DNA from: Pseudogymnoascus verrucosus
Taxonomy: Eukaryota
Length of the DNA: 64,000 nucleotides
Assembly (NCBI GenBank): GCA_001662655.1
Contig: KV460211.1
Reading direction: 5' to 3' (one strand)
The position numbers were made by a program, and so were the translations under genes. Positions 59,763 to 64,000 of the stretch are shown one piece after another. Position 1 is the first letter of the stretch, and every line of letters begins with the position of its first letter. A model generated the notes under the pieces. That model worked only from the letters and a program-made list of their open reading frames with translations. It was not told the origin of the DNA and did no database searches.

Positions 59763-60150
59763 AAATCTGGGAAGGAACGAATGGATGGATGGAAGAGATT
59801 AGCTCTTGCCGTCTTAGAGTGTAAAGTAATAGCAAAGAGAGGAAGGCATGGCCATTGCTCTTTCCCTATGAAGTTGCTGGTAGATCTCATACATCGTCTT
59901 GTGAAATCTAGGAAGGAACGAACGGAAGGGTGAGAGTCGCTCTTGCCACTCTGGAATGTAAGGCAATATCAAAAGAGAAGAAGGTACGGCCGTGGCTCCT
60001 TCCTCATGAAGTTTCGTGTAGATCTCATACAATGTCTCGTGAACATAGGAAAGTACGGACGGAGAAATGAGGGTCGCTCATGCCGTCATATAATGTAAGG
60101 CAATATCAGAGAGAAGAAGGTACGGCCTTCGTTCCTTCCCTATGAAGTTA
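59763..60150. repeat. Three diverged tandem copies of a ~138-bp unit, a likely decayed coding repeat on the minus strand
   Basis: Anchors: TAGATCTCATAC at 59881 and 60019; ATGAAGTT at 59868, 60006 and 60142. Confidence 0.85.
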
Positions 60151-61042
60151 CGGGCACTTAGTCCTCACAAACGTAGACATGACTTCCCCATCGGACGGGT
60201 CATTTGTTGATGATTAAGGTGAGTATATATTCTTCTACTCATTTCTTGTCTCGATTTTACAAACTAATTAAACACACCTTGTTGAGAAGAAATGGCACAA
60301 GTTATCGCGAGCGTGGAGAGTCTCGTACAGGGTTGTCCCTGCTGGGTCCTTTGACCAGGTCTGACGTCGATATGGATTCTGCACGCAAATGCATTATGGG
60401 GGATCAGGGTATCACAGCAAAGGCGAAGGGTAGTTATGGAGGAACTAGAGGGGATCTCACGTTTATGATGGCAGAGGCTGGTGACGACGAGATTGTTGTG
60501 GTGAGAAGAGAGCAGTGGCGATGAGAAGAGAGCGGCGGTGACAGGGCGGGCTTGCCACACGCAGTAGGCGTGGTGATACTCCCCTCGGTGTCGGTAACGT
60601 GAGCTGTGCCAGACTTAGTCTCCATGATTTCTTTGTCAAGTATTCCGGGTTATCTGGCAACTGATATGTCTTCGCTGGCGGCAACAGCATTAGACATGGG
60701 TTCATCGGCGATTTACGGGGATAGCGGTGATAGCAAGAAAAGCCACAGCTGAAGGAGGAACCATTCCCGTCCATTACGGCCGAGATTATAATTAGTTGGA
60801 GCTTAGAAATCAGTCATGACGAGATATTTCCTTGGTCTCCTGATAACACAAGCCGGCTCATATAACTTCTGTTACCATGGCAGTTCGGCCCGTTTAAGTT
60901 GAGCCTCAAAGCTTACCTATTTCCCGGGATGCTTACTTCATGACTCACTTCCTATATATCACTCACCAAACTCCACCCATCAACATAAATCATCTACCCT
61001 CCCCACCACCTTCATCAAACCCTATCATCATAACCACCAAAC

Positions 61043-61498
61043 ATGTCCACCCCACCTCCCCCCTCCTCCCCCCAAACCCACACCGGCACCTGCCACTGCG
61101 GCCACATCCGCTTCAGCATCACCTCCCCCCTCCCCGACGTCGTCAGCTGCGACTGCAGCATCTGCATCCGGCGGGGCGCCCTAATCCAACGCATCCCCGA
61201 CGCCGATTTCCACCCCATCACTCCCACCGCTGCGAGTCTCGAGGACGGGACGCATGGACTGATCGAGTATCGTTTTAATACGATGGTGGCGAGGGATTAT
61301 ATTTGTCCCGTGTGTGGGATTTTGGGGTACCGGAGACCGAGGTTGGGGACGGGGGTTTGGGCGATTAATGTTAGGTGTCTTGAGGGGGTGGAGGTGGAGA
61401 AGTTGGAGGTGAGGAGGGTGTTTGGGAGTCAGTTGTCTACTGTTGGTGTTGAGGGGGGGGTGACGGGGGAGGGGAAGGAGGAGGCAGCGAAGAGTTGA
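61043..61498 (+). CDS. GFA / CENP-V (Mss4-like) zinc-binding protein
   Basis: HTGTCHCGHIRF, CDCSICIRRG, RDYICPVCG and WAINVRCL. Confidence 0.9.
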   Translation: MSTPPPPSSPQTHTGTCHCGHIRFSITSPLPDVVSCDCSICIRRGALIQRIPDADFHPITPTAASLEDGTHGLIEYRFNTMVARDYICPVCGILGYRRPRLGTGVWAINVRCLEGVEVEKLEVRRVFGSQLSTVGVEGGVTGEGKEEAAKS

Positions 61499-62244
61499 TT
61501 TGAGATCTGTGATGGAAGGATGGATGGTGCGGTGATTTTTTGCTGTTTGTCTGAATTGTGCATCGGCTGAGTTCATGACGTGACGTGCGTGGTTGTGGGA
61601 AATCTAGGGGAGGAATAGCTTCAGGGGTCTCCTAATCCGCAAGTTTACTCTCATATTTCAAACTCAGCACCCAGGGCTGCGCTGGGCTATATATAACCCT
61701 ACCCATAACCCAAATATAAATTTACAGAGCCATTTAGCCAAATCCACGAGCCAATATAACGGCAAGGGACACATCAGAACGAGAGGACTGGTGTGCATCG
61801 GGATGATATGAGGAGAATGATTAGCCGTGGCACGTATGGATGATTGGATCCTTGTGTTCATGTTGGTGGTGGCAAATTAATGACAGAAAGCTAACGGGGT
61901 GAGAAGAGAGCGGCAGTGACAGTAAGGGAGCGGCGGTGGGTAGAAGAGTAGCGGCAACAAGGAGAGAGCGGCGTTGACAGGAAGCTCATACAAAACCCTT
62001 CGTGCAAAATGTAGTTTCTGGAACGGAGAAATGTGAATGAGAAGCGATCGTGTGATAATGTGATGTGTAGATGAAAGTAGGAAGAAACGAAATTACAAAC
62101 CCAGTAATAATCATATAACAAATTAGCAAGGCTTAATAAACCGAGTCCTTGATCCCATGCTTCGATAATCATACAATTGGATGCTTTAATATACAGAACT
62201 ATAATACACTTATCCTCACATCTGATACATACAATTATAACATC

Positions 62245-63634
62245 TTACTTGACAACCCGTCTGAAAACGCCCACAAACCCGCCTCCCACAACCCTGTCTC
62301 CCACTTTAGGACGGCAGACCATGTTCCACCCATCACCCTCGGGTTTAAGAGGCTTAGCTTCTTTCGGTGTGGTTTCAGCAATTGTCTCTGCCGCTGCCTC
62401 ACTCCCCTCCGTCCCACTCTCGACAGCCTCTTCAGCACCCTCCACCTTCTCCGCCTCAGCCCTAACAAACGACCTGGCCCTCACAGCTCTAACATCCCAC
62501 ACCCGACCCCCCACTCCAGCCGCTTGACCAATCTCCAACGTCGACTCTAGAACCAATGGCAAGACCTCTTTCTTCGCCTGCTTAACACACGCAATAACCT
62601 GCGTGATACTCGGACAAAACACCAGCACCGTGCCGTCTTCCTTCAGCGCCTGCGAGATAGTCTCAAGATACAGATGGCAATCTGGTAAGTCTAAGATGGT
62701 GTGGTCGAGGAACGGCTCCGGTGAGGTAGCAAGACGCGATGCGATATATTCCGGAATGGAACCGACGTGGAAATCGACAGAGTGCGCGTACATCCCCTTT
62801 CGCCAACCAGCAACGACGGTCTTGGCGTGTGCGCTGTGGCGGGCGCTCACGTCGAGGGTGGTTATCACGGCGCGGCGGGTGGGTTTGTAGGCTTCCCATT
62901 TGTCGACCGCAGCCTGGTGTTCGGCGTCTACTAAGTCGGAGGAGGTGCCTTCCTCAGAGTCTGGCGCTGGGGCGGGACGCGGGGGGGAGGGAATGGGAGG
63001 TGGGGCTGGGTTGGCGGCGTGGATGGCGCGGGCGAGGTGGAGGGTAAGTGCGCCGTGGCCGGTGCCTGCTTCGAAGATTTCGAGTGGGGGAGAGGGTGAC
63101 GAGGAGGAAGGGTCGGGGACGGTGGGGTTGAGGTCGAGGAGGGAGACTATTAGGTTCGCGTCTGCGGGATAGACCTGTTTACTCGTGTTAGCTGCCATAT
63201 TTGAAGATATGGTTTGAGCAGGACACCTACAGGCGTGACAATCCGTGCCGTCAAATTTGTATACTCTCCCAACGTAGGCTTATATATCCTGTATTCCCCC
63301 TTCCCAGCCGCGACGACCGCGCGCGGAGAGAGCCCGATAATGGATTCATGATCGATGTGGCCGGTGGTGGTGTTCACGCGCCTCCCCGGCCGTAGGGGCT
63401 TGGAGAGGATCTGCTTGGCGGAGGCGTCGGTTTTTTTCTGAACGAGGACAATGTCATTCTCTGGAGGAGTGTCAGTGGAGTGTGGTGGATGAAGAAATGG
63501 AAATTTCATGGGGGATGGGGGGTCGGACCTTGGAAGACATAGTTGCTATAAGAGCGAGCAGCGCATGGTGAGTACGCGCTCCTTGCCACTACCCGATGAA
63601 GAGCACTTCCACATCGTGTGAAAGTAATTGGCAT
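62245..63634 (-). CDS. trm61: tRNA (adenine-N1)-methyltransferase catalytic subunit, Trm61/GCD14 family, probably mitochondrial, 2 introns
   Basis: Presequence-like MPITFTRCGSALHRVVARS.., then PTLGEYTNLTARIVTP|VYPADANLIVSLLDL, EIFEAGTGHGALTLHLA, ILDLPD and VFCPSITQV. Confidence 0.85.
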
Positions 63635-64000
63635 CTTGAAGCCGTCGAATGGGTACAATTGGCAAGTCTTGGAGGTCAATATAAAAAACGGTCCCTGAAA
63701 GCGGAACGGCGCGGAAAAGAGCCGAGAAAATTGGCAAGCCACCAAGGTTACTCAAATCGAGATTTGTGAGCACAAAATAGAAATCTAGGCTCGTATAAAT
63801 TATGACGGATTAATTAATTATATAATAACAGTTCTAATTACGGAGGACTCGAAAAATGCATAGCCTTGGGAACCTCTTTCGTATATAACGGGTAGTTCCC
63901 ATGACCAGCGGCTCCACCAGCTTGATCGTTACTGATATAGTCACCACTGCCCATGGCTGTCAGCGGCCTCTACGGATTGAATCCTGTCAGATAACTGTTA

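Overview
This is eukaryotic, intron-containing DNA from a filamentous ascomycete (GT-AG introns with CTRAC branch sites; Pezizomycotina-type TeaR, AcrB and Ccr4). A Leotiomycete/Pseudogymnoascus-like origin is an inference only. About 19 intact protein genes were found: an unknown membrane protein, an ArsB/IT-family transporter, a DHCR24-like FAD oxidoreductase, an ABCB/MDR transporter, Ccr4, a SAM methyltransferase, a LYRM5-like protein, a mitochondrial thioesterase, AcrB, a ~1000-aa secreted protein, a phage/bacterial-like hypothetical protein, a single-TM orphan, a 72-aa zinc-ribbon microprotein, TeaR, Dcr2, a sterol O-acyltransferase, AP-1 gamma adaptin, a J-domain protein, a GFA/CENP-V protein and a Trm61-like methyltransferase. 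There is one tRNA-Arg(ACG) and at least two pseudogenes: a Prp16 3' fragment with transition-only changes and an internally deleted Zn2Cys6 transcription factor. The most unusual area is an accessory-looking block at 25.4-40.4 kb. It holds the CxxC-CxxC microprotein, a ~7 kb gene-free repeat-rich region upstream of it, and, just downstream of it, an array of ~32-bp palindromic repeats with unique spacers. A second ~6.9 kb gene desert (54.2-61.0 kb) contains a decayed 138-bp (46-codon) tandem repeat. All family assignments come from motif recognition; no database search was run.
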